Positions 1 through 10,146 of a DNA stretch of 64,000 bases are shown in pieces. A model generated the notes under the pieces. It saw only the letters and a list, made by a program, of their open reading frames with translations, ran no database searches and was not told the DNA's origin. Source of the stretch: an uncultured Candidatus Rokubacteria bacterium. GTDB taxonomy: Bacteria; Methylomirabilota; Methylomirabilia; Rokubacteriales; DASRDR01. The position numbers were made by a program, and so were the translations under genes. The stretch lies in assembly GCA_963805625.1 (NCBI GenBank), contig CAWDVE010000017.1, forward strand, positions 352,001 through 416,000, written 5' to 3'. The number at the start of each line of letters is the position of its first letter. Position 1 is the first letter of the stretch.

Positions 1-65
1 ACTTCGGATGTCCTGTAGCCTTAAGTGCTTTTCGCGATTCCCCCACGAGATTCCGAGAGGATCCA

Positions 66-1415
66 ATGTTCGAAGCCCTGACGCAGCGTCTCGAGGCGAT
101 CTTTGACCGCCTCCGGGGTGCCGGCCGCCTGACCGAGGAGAACATCCAGGAGGCGCTCCGGGAGGTGCGGGTCGCCCTCCTCGAGGCCGACGTCAACTTC
201 AAGGTCGTCCGGTCCTTCGTCGAGCGGGTCCGCGAGAAGGCCGTGGGGCACGAGGTCCTCCAAAGCCTCACGCCGGGTCAGCAGGTGGTGAAGATCGTCC
301 ACGGTGAGCTGGTCGATCTTCTGGGCGGCGCCGCGCATCGACTCACGATGGCGCCCCGGCCGCCGACGGTGATCATGGTTTTGGGCCTCCAGGGTTCCGG
401 CAAAACGACGAGCGTCGCGAAGCTCGGGCGGCACTTCCAGCGCGAGGGCTTCCGGCCCCTCCTGGTCGCGGCCGACGTCTACCGGCCTGCGGCGATCCAG
501 CAATTGCGTGTCCTCGGCGGAGAGCTGGGGCTGCCCGTCCACGGTGCCGAGGGGCAGTCGCCCGTCGAGATCGCACGCGGCGCCCTGGATCAGGCGGCGG
601 CCAACGGGTGGAACCCGGTCCTCCTCGACACGGCCGGGCGGCTCCACATCGACGAGGCGATGGTCGAGGAGCTGAAGGTCCTCCGGCGCGAGGTCAAGCC
701 CCATCACGTCCTCCTGGTCGTCGACGCGATGACGGGGCAGGACGCGGTGACGATGGCCCAGCGGTTCAACCAGGACGTCGGCTACGATGGCATCGTCCTG
801 ACGAAGCTCGACGGAGATGCCCGGGGGGGCGCGGCACTGTCGATCCGCACCGTCACCGGCAAGCCGATCGTGTTCTGCGGCGTCGGCGAGCGGGTCGACG
901 CGCTGGAGCCCTTCCATCCCGACCGGATGGCCTCGCGCATCCTCGGCATGGGCGACGTCCTCTCTCTCGTCGAGAAGGCCCAGGCGACGGTGGACGCCTC
1001 GAAGGCCGAGGAGCTGGCCCAGAAGATCCGGGAGGACAGCTTCACCCTCGAGGACTTCGCCGAGCAGCTGCGACAGCTCCGGAAGATGGGGCCACTCGAC
1101 CAGATCCTCGACATGGTGCCGTTCTTCAAGGGCGCCAAGCTGGGCCGGCCCGAGATCGACGCCGAGTCGAAGGACCTCGGGCGGTTCGAGGCGATCATCG
1201 GCTCGATGACGCCGGGCGAGCGGCACACGCCGGCGATTATCAACGGCGAGCGGCGGGCTCGGATCGCGCGCGGGAGCGGCACGTCGGTGCAGGACGTGAA
1301 CCGGCTGCTCAAGCAGTACGCGCAACTCCGGAAGATGATGAAGGACATGAAGGGTATGAGCGGCCGGCTCGGACGCAAGGACCTGCGCCGGGCGATGCCG
1401 TTCTTCCGAGGCTAG
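66..1415 (+). CDS. ffh: Signal recognition particle protein Ffh
   Basis: ALLEADV, GLQGSGKTT, DTAGR, TKLDGDARGGAALS, RILGMGD, Met-rich M domain; heads the ffh-rpsP-rimM-trmD-rplS cluster. Confidence 0.98.
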   Translation: MFEALTQRLEAIFDRLRGAGRLTEENIQEALREVRVALLEADVNFKVVRSFVERVREKAVGHEVLQSLTPGQQVVKIVHGELVDLLGGAAHRLTMAPRPPTVIMVLGLQGSGKTTSVAKLGRHFQREGFRPLLVAADVYRPAAIQQLRVLGGELGLPVHGAEGQSPVEIARGALDQAAANGWNPVLLDTAGRLHIDEAMVEELKVLRREVKPHHVLLVVDAMTGQDAVTMAQRFNQDVGYDGIVLTKLDGDARGGAALSIRTVTGKPIVFCGVGERVDALEPFHPDRMASRILGMGDVLSLVEKAQATVDASKAEELAQKIREDSFTLEDFAEQLRQLRKMGPLDQILDMVPFFKGAKLGRPEIDAESKDLGRFEAIIGSMTPGERHTPAIINGERRARIARGSGTSVQDVNRLLKQYAQLRKMMKDMKGMSGRLGRKDLRRAMPFFRG

Positions 1416-1443
1416 ACCGAAGCAGGGCGAGGAGGAGACTCAC

Positions 1444-1692
1444 ATGGCGGCACGGATTCGGCTACGACGCACGGGCACGACGAGGAAGCCTTCCTATCGG
1501 GTGGTGGTGGCGGACGGCCGGACGGCACGGGACGGCCGGTTCATCGAGCAGATCGGGTTCTACGACCCGCTGACGGAGCCGCCGACGATCCGGATCGACA
1601 CGGAGAAGGCATCGGCGTGGATCCGGAAGGGCGCGCTTCCCTCGAACACCGTGCGGCACCTCCTGGCGCGTGCGGGCATGCCAGCGAGCTAG
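1444..1692 (+). CDS. rpsP: 30S ribosomal protein S16
   Basis: IRLRRTG..YRVVVAD.R..RDGRFIE.IG.YDP; GAGGAG RBS upstream. Confidence 0.97.
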   Translation: MAARIRLRRTGTTRKPSYRVVVADGRTARDGRFIEQIGFYDPLTEPPTIRIDTEKASAWIRKGALPSNTVRHLLARAGMPAS

Positions 1693-1719
1693 AGGCGGGC
1701 GCGACCGAGGAACGAGCGG

Positions 1720-2286
1720 ATGCGCGAGACGGCGGACGCCAAGGTCGCCGGGGCCGACGTGCCGGCCGGCGCCGGGGCGCTGGTCGCGGTGGGGCGGATC
1801 GTCCGGACCCAGGGTCGGCGGGGCGAGGTGCGGGTCGAGCCCCTGACCGATACCCCGGAGCGGCTCGCCGAGCTGCGGGAGTGCTGGCTCGTGCCGCCAG
1901 CCGCGGGCGAGCGACACGACGTGGAGGCCGTCTGGTTCCGGGGGCGAGTACCCGTCGTGAAGCTTGCCGGGAGCGACAGCATGACGGACGCCCAGGCGCT
2001 CGTCGGCCGGCTCGTCACAATCCCGCGCACCGCGGTGCGACAGCTGCCGCCGGATCGCTACTACGCGTTCGACCTGGTCGGGTGCGTCGTGGAGACCCCG
2101 GAGGGAGCGAGCCTCGGCACGATCTCGGAAGTCCTCGCGGGCCCCGAGCACGACTACTGGACGGTCCAGCGCGGCGATCGGGCGTGGTCTCTCCCGGCGG
2201 TGGCGGCGCTCGTCGACCGGGTGGACCTTGCGGCGCGGCGCGTGGTCGCGCGGCCTCCCGAGGGGCTCGTGGAGCTCGACGCGTGA
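1720..2286 (+). CDS. rimM: 16S rRNA processing protein RimM
   Basis: [17 protein letters not shown]-terminus, [12 protein letters not shown] barrel; synteny. Confidence 0.93.
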   Translation: MRETADAKVAGADVPAGAGALVAVGRIVRTQGRRGEVRVEPLTDTPERLAELRECWLVPPAAGERHDVEAVWFRGRVPVVKLAGSDSMTDAQALVGRLVTIPRTAVRQLPPDRYYAFDLVGCVVETPEGASLGTISEVLAGPEHDYWTVQRGDRAWSLPAVAALVDRVDLAARRVVARPPEGLVELDA

Positions 2287-3032
2287 TGCGGATCGACGTG
2301 GTGACGCTCTTCCCAGGGATGCTCCCGGGGGTGCTCGACGAGTCGATGCTCCGAGTGGCGCGGGAGCGGGGCGCCGTCGACATTCGGGTGGTGGATCTCC
2401 GCGACTACACGGAGGGCCGGCACCGGGTCGCGGACGACTACCCGTTCGGCGGCGGTGGTGGCATGGTGCTTAAACCCGAGCCCCTCTTCGCCGCCGTCGA
2501 CGCCCTGCGAGGGCCGGAGAGCCGCGTCGTGCTCCTTTGCCCGCAGGGCCCGACGTTCACGCAGTCGGCCGCGGAGCGTCTGGCCAAGGAGACCCACCTG
2601 GTCCTGCTCTGCGGGCACTACGAGGGGGTGGACGAGCGCGTCCGGGCGCAGCTCGTCGACGAGGAGCTCTCCATCGGCGACTACGTGCTGACGGGCGGGG
2701 AGCTCCCGGCGCTCGTCGTGCTGGACGCGGTGGTCCGGCTCTTGCCGGGAGTGCTCGGGGATCCGGACGGCTCGGTGCGGGAGTCGTTCGCCGCGGGCCG
2801 GCTCGACTACCCCCAGTACACGCGACCCGCCGAGTTCCGCGGGTGGCGGGTGCCGGAGGTTCTGCTCTCCGGGGACCACGGCCGCATCGCGCGGTGGCGG
2901 CGCCGCGAGGCGCTCCGGCGCACGCTGGCGCGCCGGCCGGACCTGCTGGACGCGGTGCCGTTGACGCGCGAAGAGCGCGAGTGGATGGACGAGATGACGC
3001 GCAGCGGCGAGCTGACGCGGACGGGTGAATGA
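2286..3032 (+). CDS. trmD: tRNA (guanine37-N1)-methyltransferase
   Basis: [55 protein letters not shown]; ATG overlaps the rimM stop (start trimmed from ORF 1617..3032). Confidence 0.97.
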   Translation: MRIDVVTLFPGMLPGVLDESMLRVARERGAVDIRVVDLRDYTEGRHRVADDYPFGGGGGMVLKPEPLFAAVDALRGPESRVVLLCPQGPTFTQSAAERLAKETHLVLLCGHYEGVDERVRAQLVDEELSIGDYVLTGGELPALVVLDAVVRLLPGVLGDPDGSVRESFAAGRLDYPQYTRPAEFRGWRVPEVLLSGDHGRIARWRRREALRRTLARRPDLLDAVPLTREEREWMDEMTRSGELTRTGE

Positions 3033-3069
3033 CGCCCAGCCGGGCGAGTGACGCACCGAGGAGACGAAC

Positions 3070-3465
3070 ATGGCGACGGATGCGATCGCGGTGGTGGAGG
3101 CAAGCGCCCTTAAGCGGGACCGGGGCGCCTTTGCGCCCGGGGACAGCGTGCGGGTCCACGTGAAGGTGATCGAGGGCGAGAAGGAGCGAGTGCAGATCTT
3201 CGAGGGGACCATCATCCGCAAGCGCGGTGAGGGCGCGCGCGCGACCTTCACGGTCCGCCGCGTGTCCTACGGCGTTGGCGTCGAGCGGACCTTCCCGCTC
3301 CATTCCCCGCGGGTCGAGCAGGTCCAGGTCGTGAAGTCCTCGCACGTCCGGCGCTCCAAGCTCTACTACCTCCGGGCGCGCACGGGGAAGGCCGCGCGCC
3401 TGCGGGAGAAGCGGCAGGAGCGGCCGACTGCGGCCCCCGCGGCGCCCGCCGCGAGCGACGAGTAG
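3070..3465 (+). CDS. rplS: 50S ribosomal protein L19
   Basis: [44 protein letters not shown]. Confidence 0.98.
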   Translation: MATDAIAVVEASALKRDRGAFAPGDSVRVHVKVIEGEKERVQIFEGTIIRKRGEGARATFTVRRVSYGVGVERTFPLHSPRVEQVQVVKSSHVRRSKLYYLRARTGKAARLREKRQERPTAAPAAPAASDE

Positions 3466-3493
3466 CCGCGCGACGAGCTCCCCGACCCCCCGC

Positions 3494-4201
3494 GTGCGCC
3501 AGCGCCGCTCCGGTCCCCTCCAGACAGGGCTGTTCGAGCTCGAGGAAGATCTCTACGCCCAGGAGCGCGGCGCCTGGGCACGGGGGCTTTGGGTGGCGGG
3601 GGTGGACGAGGTGGGGCGCGGACCCCTGGCTGGACCGGTGGTCGCTGCGGCTGTGATTCTCGACCCGACGGCGCCGGTCGACGGGCTCCGTGACTCGAAG
3701 CTCCTCAGCGTTCGGCAACGGCGGCGACTCGCGCGCGAAATCCGTGTCCGGGCGCTCGCCTTCGCCGTGGGACGCGTCGGCCCGCGGCGGATCGACACGG
3801 TCAACGTGCTGCAGGCTACCTGGTGCGCCATGCGGGCCGCGCTCGAGCGGCTACGTCTCGCGCCCGGTCTCGTCCTGGTGGACGGCAACCTCCGGATCCC
3901 CGGCGTGACCTGCGCCCAGCGGGCGATCATCGCCGGCGATCGCCGCTCGGCCTCGGTCGCCGCCGCATCGATCCTCGCGAAGGTCACCCGAGACTCCTTC
4001 ATGCTGCGCGCCGACCGGCGCTATCCCGAGTACGGCTTCCGGCAGCACAAGGGATACGCGACCGCCGCGCACCTCGAGGCGCTCGCACGGCTCGGCCCGT
4101 GTCCGCTCCACCGGCGCTCCTTTCATGGAGTTGGTCACGTGGTTGATCACGGCGTCGGGAGCGAGCCCGGCGATCCCTCCCTCGAGCTTCGGCTTTTCTG
4201 A
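3494..4201 (+). CDS. rnhB: Ribonuclease HII
   Basis: GVDEVGRGPLAGPVVAAAV, DSKLL, LVDGN, AAASILAKVTRD, HKGY. Confidence 0.96.
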   Translation: MRQRRSGPLQTGLFELEEDLYAQERGAWARGLWVAGVDEVGRGPLAGPVVAAAVILDPTAPVDGLRDSKLLSVRQRRRLAREIRVRALAFAVGRVGPRRIDTVNVLQATWCAMRAALERLRLAPGLVLVDGNLRIPGVTCAQRAIIAGDRRSASVAAASILAKVTRDSFMLRADRRYPEYGFRQHKGYATAAHLEALARLGPCPLHRRSFHGVGHVVDHGVGSEPGDPSLELRLF

Positions 4202-4202
4202 C

Positions 4203-5126
4203 GTGAGCCCGGCCGCGCTCGAGCGCCCGCTCGTCCCCCGCTTCCTCCTCGCGGGCTTCGCCGACGCCACCGGCCAGCTCATCGCGGAGCGGCGGGACCG
4301 CACCCGCCGGCGGCTCATCCTGGTGGACGCCGCCGTGGCGGAGCTCGGGCGGTATGCGCTCGTGGCCGACCGGACCGATGCCCCGGCGCTCGCGCGCCTC
4401 CTCGCCGAGGTGGAGGCCCGGGGGGCCGAGGCCGTCCAGCGGATCACGGCCGGCACCTTCCCGCCACGCGAGTCCGATCGGGCGAGCCTCGCCCTCGTCC
4501 TCGCCGCGCAGCTTCTCCTCGGGCGGTATCACCGGGCCGAGGCCGGGAGGGTCGCGACCCTCGTCGGCCAGCTCATCGTCTCGACCATCGAGGAGTCCGA
4601 GGCGGGCGAGGAGTCCGAGGATCTCGAGGAGCCCGAGACGGAAGATGCCGAGCGCCAGGGCGCGGCTGCCCCGGAGGCCCCAGAGGCCAGAGGGTCGGAG
4701 GCGGCACGCGGCGCAGGCGCGCCGGACGTGCTGCTCCCTGGCCGGCCGCCGGTCGGGCGGTCGCTGGCGTCCATGCCGGCGCTCGCGCGTCAGCTGGCGG
4801 CCCGCACGTGGCAGGTCGTCCGCTTTGCCTCACCGGTGCTCTTGACGAGCGACACGCCCGTCGTGCTCTGGGCGCCGTCGGCCGCCGCGAAGCTCTACCA
4901 GGTGGGGCTCGGATCCGCGCACGAGGTACGGGTTCCGCTCGATGCCCGCCACGCCCTGATCATCGCGCGCCGCGCTCCGGCCGGGGAGATCGTGCGCGAC
5001 CTGGGCGAGCGCCAGGCGCGCGCGCTCAACCGCACGGTCGCCGAGGGCGCCGCCGAATGGATGTACTACCACCCGGCGTCGGATCCCCTCGAGGGCGTGG
5101 AGCTGCCCTCGCCAGAATCGCCCTGA
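4203..5126 (+). CDS. DUF4238-like protein of unknown function
   Basis: N-terminal LVPRFLLAGFA and later LLTSDTPVV resemble DUF4238 motifs (H-Y-V-P-x-F..L..F; TSDxPV); GTG start just after the rnhB stop; acidic internal linker. Confidence 0.55.
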   Translation: MSPAALERPLVPRFLLAGFADATGQLIAERRDRTRRRLILVDAAVAELGRYALVADRTDAPALARLLAEVEARGAEAVQRITAGTFPPRESDRASLALVLAAQLLLGRYHRAEAGRVATLVGQLIVSTIEESEAGEESEDLEEPETEDAERQGAAAPEAPEARGSEAARGAGAPDVLLPGRPPVGRSLASMPALARQLAARTWQVVRFASPVLLTSDTPVVLWAPSAAAKLYQVGLGSAHEVRVPLDARHALIIARRAPAGEIVRDLGERQARALNRTVAEGAAEWMYYHPASDPLEGVELPSPESP

Positions 5127-5155
5127 CGCCTCCGGCCGGCCGTCGCGTCTGGCCC

Positions 5156-5848
5156 GTGAGCCGTCTCGTCGGGCTGCTCCTGGTCGGCCTCGTGGCGCTG
5201 CTCTCGTCTCGCGCCGGATTTCCACAGGTGCCGCCCGGCCCGGACGAGGTGCGAGCGTACACGGGGCTCCACGGGGCGGCGGCCCGTGGCGACGCGATCG
5301 AGATCCGCCGGCTTCTCGCGTCCGGCGGGGATCCTGGCGCACGGGACGGCCACGGACGCACGCCGCTTCACGTCGCCGTGTTCGCCGCGCAGGGCGAGGC
5401 GATGCGGGTGCTGGTGGCGGGCGGCGCGGACCCGAATGCTTTCGACGCGCAGCGCTACGATGTCGTCACGATCGCGGCCGTACGCGATGACGTGGCGACG
5501 CTCGGGCTCGCCCTCGCGCTCGGCGCGAGCCCGTGCACCGTCACAAGCCCCTACGACGGCACGGCGCTCATCGCCGCAGCGCACCTCGGCCACGTGGAGG
5601 TGGTGCGGGTCCTCGTCGAGGCCGGCGCGCCGCTCGACCATGTCAACAACCTCGGCTGGACGGCCCTCCTCGAGGCCGTGATCCTCGGAGACGGCGGGCC
5701 GCGCCACATGGCCGTCGCGCGCCTCCTCGTCGAGGCGGGAGCCGCCGGCGATCTCGCCGACCGCCAGGGCGTCACGCCGCTCGCCCACGCCCGGGCGCGC
5801 GGCTACGCCGCGCTGGCGCGGATCCTGGAGGGCGCGCGCCGGCCCTGA
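5156..5848 (+). CDS. Secreted ankyrin-repeat protein
   Basis: Hydrophobic N-terminus, then GRTPLHVA, GTALIAAAHLGH, GWTALLEAV, GVTPLAHA ankyrin motifs; start trimmed from ORF 4808..5848. Confidence 0.88.
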   Translation: MSRLVGLLLVGLVALLSSRAGFPQVPPGPDEVRAYTGLHGAAARGDAIEIRRLLASGGDPGARDGHGRTPLHVAVFAAQGEAMRVLVAGGADPNAFDAQRYDVVTIAAVRDDVATLGLALALGASPCTVTSPYDGTALIAAAHLGHVEVVRVLVEAGAPLDHVNNLGWTALLEAVILGDGGPRHMAVARLLVEAGAAGDLADRQGVTPLAHARARGYAALARILEGARRP

Positions 5849-5952
5849 CTGCCCAGACACGACGCGCATCCGTGGGCAGTAACCCGCGATGATCGCTCGG
5901 ATGTGCCGGCTCGACATCCGGCGGGCCTACCGCTTGGTCGGGTCCTTGCACA

Positions 5953-6366
5953 GTGACTGGCATGCGGTGGCAGCGCGATCCGCCCCGCGCCACGACACGG
6001 TCTGTCGGCCAGGTGGGGGAAGCCGCGGCTGTGCGCTACCTCAAGCGGTGCGGTCTCGTCATCCTCGCACGGAACCTCCGGTCGCGGCTGGGCGAGATCG
6101 ACCTCCTGGCCCGCGACGGCGCCACGCTGGTCTTCATCGAAGTGAAGTCGCGACGAGGCCACTCAGGCGATCCGCCCGAGGCCGCGGTGGATGCCCGGAA
6201 GCGCGCGCGGCTCGTCCGGCTCGCGCTCGGGTACCTCGCGACGCGGCGGCTTGGCGAGCAATCCTGCCGCTTCGACGTGGTGGGAGTGTCGCTCGACGAG
6301 GCGGGCGGGGTGACCGGTGTGCGGCATCTCAAGCATGCCTTCGGCCTCGACGGTTGGACATCGTGA
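5953..6366 (+). CDS. yraN: YraN-family (UPF0102) PD-(D/E)xK nuclease
   Basis: GE.AA..YL...G..IL.RN.R...GEIDL.A, LVFIEVKSR, CRFDVV; conserved position between rnhB and comM. Confidence 0.92.
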   Translation: MTGMRWQRDPPRATTRSVGQVGEAAAVRYLKRCGLVILARNLRSRLGEIDLLARDGATLVFIEVKSRRGHSGDPPEAAVDARKRARLVRLALGYLATRRLGEQSCRFDVVGVSLDEAGGVTGVRHLKHAFGLDGWTS

Positions 6367-6458
6367 CGGATACGCCCTGTATGACGTTGACGCCGCCGAG
6401 CCAGCCGCCCGCCTGAGCGAACCGCCCGCCACTCGGCGTCCGGTCGCGCGGCGCCTCT

Positions 6459-6474
6459 CGGCGCGCGGCTTGCA
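6459..6474 (+). promoter_or_regulatory. Candidate sigma54 -24/-12 promoter upstream of comM
   Basis: CGGCGCG-CGGC-TTGCA (GG-N10-GC), about 80 bp before the comM ATG; the GC-rich background raises the chance of a false match. Confidence 0.4.
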
Positions 6475-6553
6475 ACGCCTTCGCCATGGGCCGGACGAAT
6501 CAGGGGACCGCGGCAGCACGGGCGTCGAGGTCGCAGTCCCGGCGACGTGGGTA

Positions 6554-8077
6554 ATGCTCGCCCGGGTCTTCTCCGCATGCCTCGCCGGTGTCGACGCGGC
6601 GCTGGTCCGCGTGGAGGTCGACGTGAGCCAGGGGTTGCCCACGTTCGCGACGGTGGGCTTGCCGGATCCGGCGGTGAGGGAGAGCCGGGAGCGCGTCCGG
6701 ACGGCCATCCGGAACTCCGGCTTCGCGTTTCCGCTCGAGCGCGTGACCGTCAACCTCGCGCCGGCGGACGTGCGGAAGGAAGGCGTCAGCTTCGACCTGC
6801 CGATCGCGCTCGGCGTCCTGGCGGCGACGGGCGTGGTCAAGCCGGAGCGGCTGGCGCGCCTCCTCGTGGTGGGGGAGCTGGCCCTCGACGGGGCGATAAA
6901 TCCGGTGCGCGGGGTGCTCCCGATGGCGCTCCGGGCGAGCCACGCGGGGCTCGACGGCTGCCTCCTCGCCGCCGGCAACACCTCGGAGGCCTCGGTGCTG
7001 GAGGCCCTCGCCGTGTACCCGGTGACCTCGCTCGCGGAGGCGGCGGCGTTCCTCAACGAGGAGCACCCGATCGCCCGGACTCGCGAGGATCCGGGACAGC
7101 TCCTCGCGGTCGCGCCGCCCGACGACGTCGACCTCGGAGACGTGCGCGGTCAGGCGCATGCGAAGCGCGCGCTGGAGATCGCGGCGGCCGGCGGCCACCA
7201 CGTGCTGCTGATCGGCCCGCCGGGGACGGGCAAGACGCTCCTCGCGCGGCGGCTGCCGACAATCATGCCGCCCCTCACGCTGGGGGAGGCGGTCGAGGTG
7301 AGCCGGATCTGGAGCGTGGCGGGGTTGCTTCCGCCGGAGGGCCTCGTGACGCGCCGGCCGTTTCGCGCGCCCCACCACACCGTCTCGCCGGCCGGGTTAG
7401 TCGGCGGGGGCCGAGTGCCGCATCCGGGCGAGGTGAGCCTGGCCCACCTGGGCGTGCTCTTCTTGGACGAGCTGCCGGAGTTCGCGCCGCACGCGCTCGA
7501 CACACTACGCCAGCCGCTGGAGGATGGCGCGGTGACGGTTGCGCGGGTTGGCGGGGCGGTGCGGCTGCCGGCCGAGGTCCAGCTGGTGGGGGCGATGAAC
7601 CCGTGCCGGCGCGGCTGCCGGACCCTGGACGGGTGCGCGTGCACGCCGGGGGAGCGGGCGCGCTATCTGGGACGGCTGTCGGCGCCGCTGCTCGACCGGA
7701 TTGACCTCCACGTTGACGTGGGACCGGTGATGCCGGAGATGGCCACTTCAGGCGACGGCGCGCCGCCGGAATCGGCAGCGGTCCAGCAGCGGGTCACCCG
7801 CGCGCGCGAGCGTCAGCGGGCGCGGCTCGGGCGTGGGCCCGTGCGTGTGAACGCGCGGCTCACGCCGCGCCAGCTCCTTCGCCACTGCCCGCTGCCGCCG
7901 GCCGGGCGGGCCCTCCTCGCGCGCGCGGCGGCGCGGCTTGGGTACTCGGCGCGCGCCCACGACCGCGTGCTCAAGGTGGCGCGGACAATCGCCGACCTGG
8001 CCGGGGCGGATGCGATTGCCGTCGAGCACGTCGCGGAAGCGCTCGCCTACCGGACGCTCGACCGCGGGATCGTCTGA
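6554..8077 (+). CDS. comM: YifB/ComM Mg-chelatase-like AAA+ helicase
   Basis: VGLPD.AVRESRERV, VNLAPADVRKEG..FDLPIA, GPPGTGKT, FRAPHH, GEVSLAH.GVLFLDE, LLDRIDL, ARTIADL; start trimmed to ATG 6554. Confidence 0.93.
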   Translation: MLARVFSACLAGVDAALVRVEVDVSQGLPTFATVGLPDPAVRESRERVRTAIRNSGFAFPLERVTVNLAPADVRKEGVSFDLPIALGVLAATGVVKPERLARLLVVGELALDGAINPVRGVLPMALRASHAGLDGCLLAAGNTSEASVLEALAVYPVTSLAEAAAFLNEEHPIARTREDPGQLLAVAPPDDVDLGDVRGQAHAKRALEIAAAGGHHVLLIGPPGTGKTLLARRLPTIMPPLTLGEAVEVSRIWSVAGLLPPEGLVTRRPFRAPHHTVSPAGLVGGGRVPHPGEVSLAHLGVLFLDELPEFAPHALDTLRQPLEDGAVTVARVGGAVRLPAEVQLVGAMNPCRRGCRTLDGCACTPGERARYLGRLSAPLLDRIDLHVDVGPVMPEMATSGDGAPPESAAVQQRVTRARERQRARLGRGPVRVNARLTPRQLLRHCPLPPAGRALLARAAARLGYSARAHDRVLKVARTIADLAGADAIAVEHVAEALAYRTLDRGIV

Positions 8078-8463
8078 GCGCCCGGTCCAGGAGACCGATC
8101 GTCGCCGCTGAGCGAGGTGGGCGGAGCCTCGGCCGCGCTCGAAACCGAGGTAGGGCGGAGGAAGGCGCCGGCACGCGGCCGCGGGGGGGTCGCGCTGAGG
8201 CTGGCAGCGTCCCTACATTCCCGGGCCGACCTTCGGGATATGCTCAAGGCGCTCCAGGAGGGAGTGCTCGACCATTGTCGGGCGCGTCGACCGGGCAGTG
8301 ACCCGTGGAGGCCTTCGAGGACGTCACGCGCGAATGCAGCCGGTCGATCGACACGGCAGGCTTCCGGAGGTTGCGCGGCGGCCCCGAGGGCGCGCGGGAT
8401 CGATGTCCAGAACCTACACGTGGGCAACTGAGAACGCTCCCGCAGTGGAGAGTGAGGGCTAGG

Positions 8464-8658
8464 ATGCCGGCACAGTTCGGAGTGTGCTCCGTGTGCAAGA
8501 AGTCGATCCCGGTGGGGACGAAGTACTACCGGTGCTCCGTGTCGACCTGTAACTCCGGACGGTTGAAGCTCACATTCTGCAGCGTGCGTTGTTGGGACAT
8601 CCACCTGCCGGAAGCGCGTCACCGCGACGCCGCCGCGATCGAGGCACTGGCGCGATAG
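8464..8658 (+). CDS. Small Cys/His-rich zinc-finger protein (64 aa)
   Basis: MPAQFGVCSVCKKSIPVGTKYYRCSVSTCNSGRLKLTFCSVRCWDIHLPEARHRD: CxxC, CxxxxC, CxxxC, H..H; genome-like codon use from ATG 8464. Confidence 0.75.
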   Translation: MPAQFGVCSVCKKSIPVGTKYYRCSVSTCNSGRLKLTFCSVRCWDIHLPEARHRDAAAIEALAR

Positions 8659-8926
8659 CTGCCCACCTTTCCCGGAGCGCGTTCGGCGCGATAGGCAGCT
8701 CGACGAGCCCGCGCGACGACTCGAACCAGCCGCGGCTGAAGCCAACGTGGAGGCACCCGGGCGTCAAGACCAAGTCCGCGTGGCTGATCGAGCCGGACGC
8801 TTACCATGGGGGCTCAAGACGGGGGCCGGTCGGCATCTTTGCGCTCTCGGCGCCTCTTGTGTCGAGAGCACCCCGGTGAGAACGTCTAAAGAGCGCCGGT
8901 TGCGGGCTGTGAGCTTGGAGGTGAGC

Positions 8927-9337
8927 GTGAGCATTCGAGGGTTCCGGATCTCGAGCGGCGGTCTGCCGGCGCTGCTGGTGACCACCGCTCTCTGCGCGGG
9001 CTGCGCGGCATCGGCTGCCGCGGCGCGGCCGGCCGATTTCGAACTCCACAGCGAGGCGCCTCCGGTCGACTTCTACTGGCGGTTGAGCGTGACCCCGACC
9101 GCCGTCCAGGCTGACGGGCTCGTCGAGCGACGCAACCACCTCATCGCGGGCGCGTGGCTCCAGCTACTGGGCCTCGACGCGACCGGCCGCATTGTGAGCT
9201 TCACGGCCCCGACGCGCGTCCGCTGGAACGAGTCGGACGTGGAGTCGTTCACGATTCCGCTCCGGCCTCGAGGGGGGGAGCAGCGATTCGAGGTGCGCCT
9301 CTACTCCTTCGAGTATCCGGAGGAGAATTCCCCTTAG
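8927..9337 (+). CDS. Putative lipoprotein, beta-sandwich-like, function unknown
   Basis: GGAGG RBS before GTG 8927; hydrophobic stretch ending in ALCAGC lipobox-like motif. Confidence 0.6.
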   Translation: MSIRGFRISSGGLPALLVTTALCAGCAASAAAARPADFELHSEAPPVDFYWRLSVTPTAVQADGLVERRNHLIAGAWLQLLGLDATGRIVSFTAPTRVRWNESDVESFTIPLRPRGGEQRFEVRLYSFEYPEENSP

Positions 9338-9368
9338 GCGACCCACGAGGGTGGATTGAGGAGCACGC

Positions 9369-10046
9369 ATGAAGCTCGACGCGTTTGCCAGGTATCCGTT
9401 CCTGTTCGGTCCGTCTCCCGTGCATCCGCTGGAGCGGCTGAGCGCCCACCTCGGTGGAGCCCGCATCTGGGCGAAGCGCGACGACTGCAACAGCGGGCTC
9501 GCCTTCGGAGGCAACAAGATCCGGAAGCTCGAGTACCTGGTGGCGGACGCGATCGCGCAGGGATGCGACACGCTCGTGTCCATCGGCGGGGTCCAGTCCA
9601 ACCACACGCGCCAGGTGGCGGCGGCCGCGGCTCGGGTGTGGATGCGGTGCGTGCTGATCCAGGAGAGCTGGGTGGACTGGCCCGATGCCGTCTACGATCG
9701 CGTGGGCAACATCCTCCTCAGCCGGATTCTCGGCGCGGACGTCCGTTTGGTGCAGGCCGGGGTTCGGGATCGGGTTCAAGGAGAGCTGGGAGCAGGCGCT
9801 CGCGGAGATCGAGGCGTCCGGCGGGCGGCCGTATGCGATCCCGGCCGGCGCGTCGGACCACCGCCTGGGCGGCCTCGGCTTCACGCAGTGGAGGGCATGT
9901 TGACGGACCCCGTCTACGAGGGGAAGTCGATGGCGGGGCTCATCGACCTCGTGTCCCGGGTCGAGATCGAGAAGCGCGCGACGGTCCTCGACGCCCACCT
10001 GGGCGGCCAGCCGGCACTCAATGCATATAGCGCCCTCTTCCGTTGA
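9369..10046 (+). pseudogene. acdS: 1-aminocyclopropane-1-carboxylate deaminase, frameshifted and internally deleted
   Basis: [40 protein letters not shown]; extra G at 9759-9762 moves [20 protein letters not shown] into another frame; about 100 codons missing before [25 protein letters not shown]. Confidence 0.88.
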
Positions 10047-10146
10047 GCGGAGCATGAGGTGCGCGGCGCCCGGGCTGATCGGGCCACGGGACGTGCTGGG
10101 GCCGATCGGCGGGCGTCGGTGAGCGTACGGTAGTGCTCCCTGCAGA

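Noticed and set aside
1692-1720. No KH-domain gene between rpsP and rimM
   Set aside because: This gene is variably present across bacteria; its absence is not informative
8078-8463. Possible gene or RNA in the gap after comM (ORFs 8117..8431 and the 5' part of 8305..8658)
   Set aside because: No recognisable motif or convincing start; may be a remnant but cannot be supported
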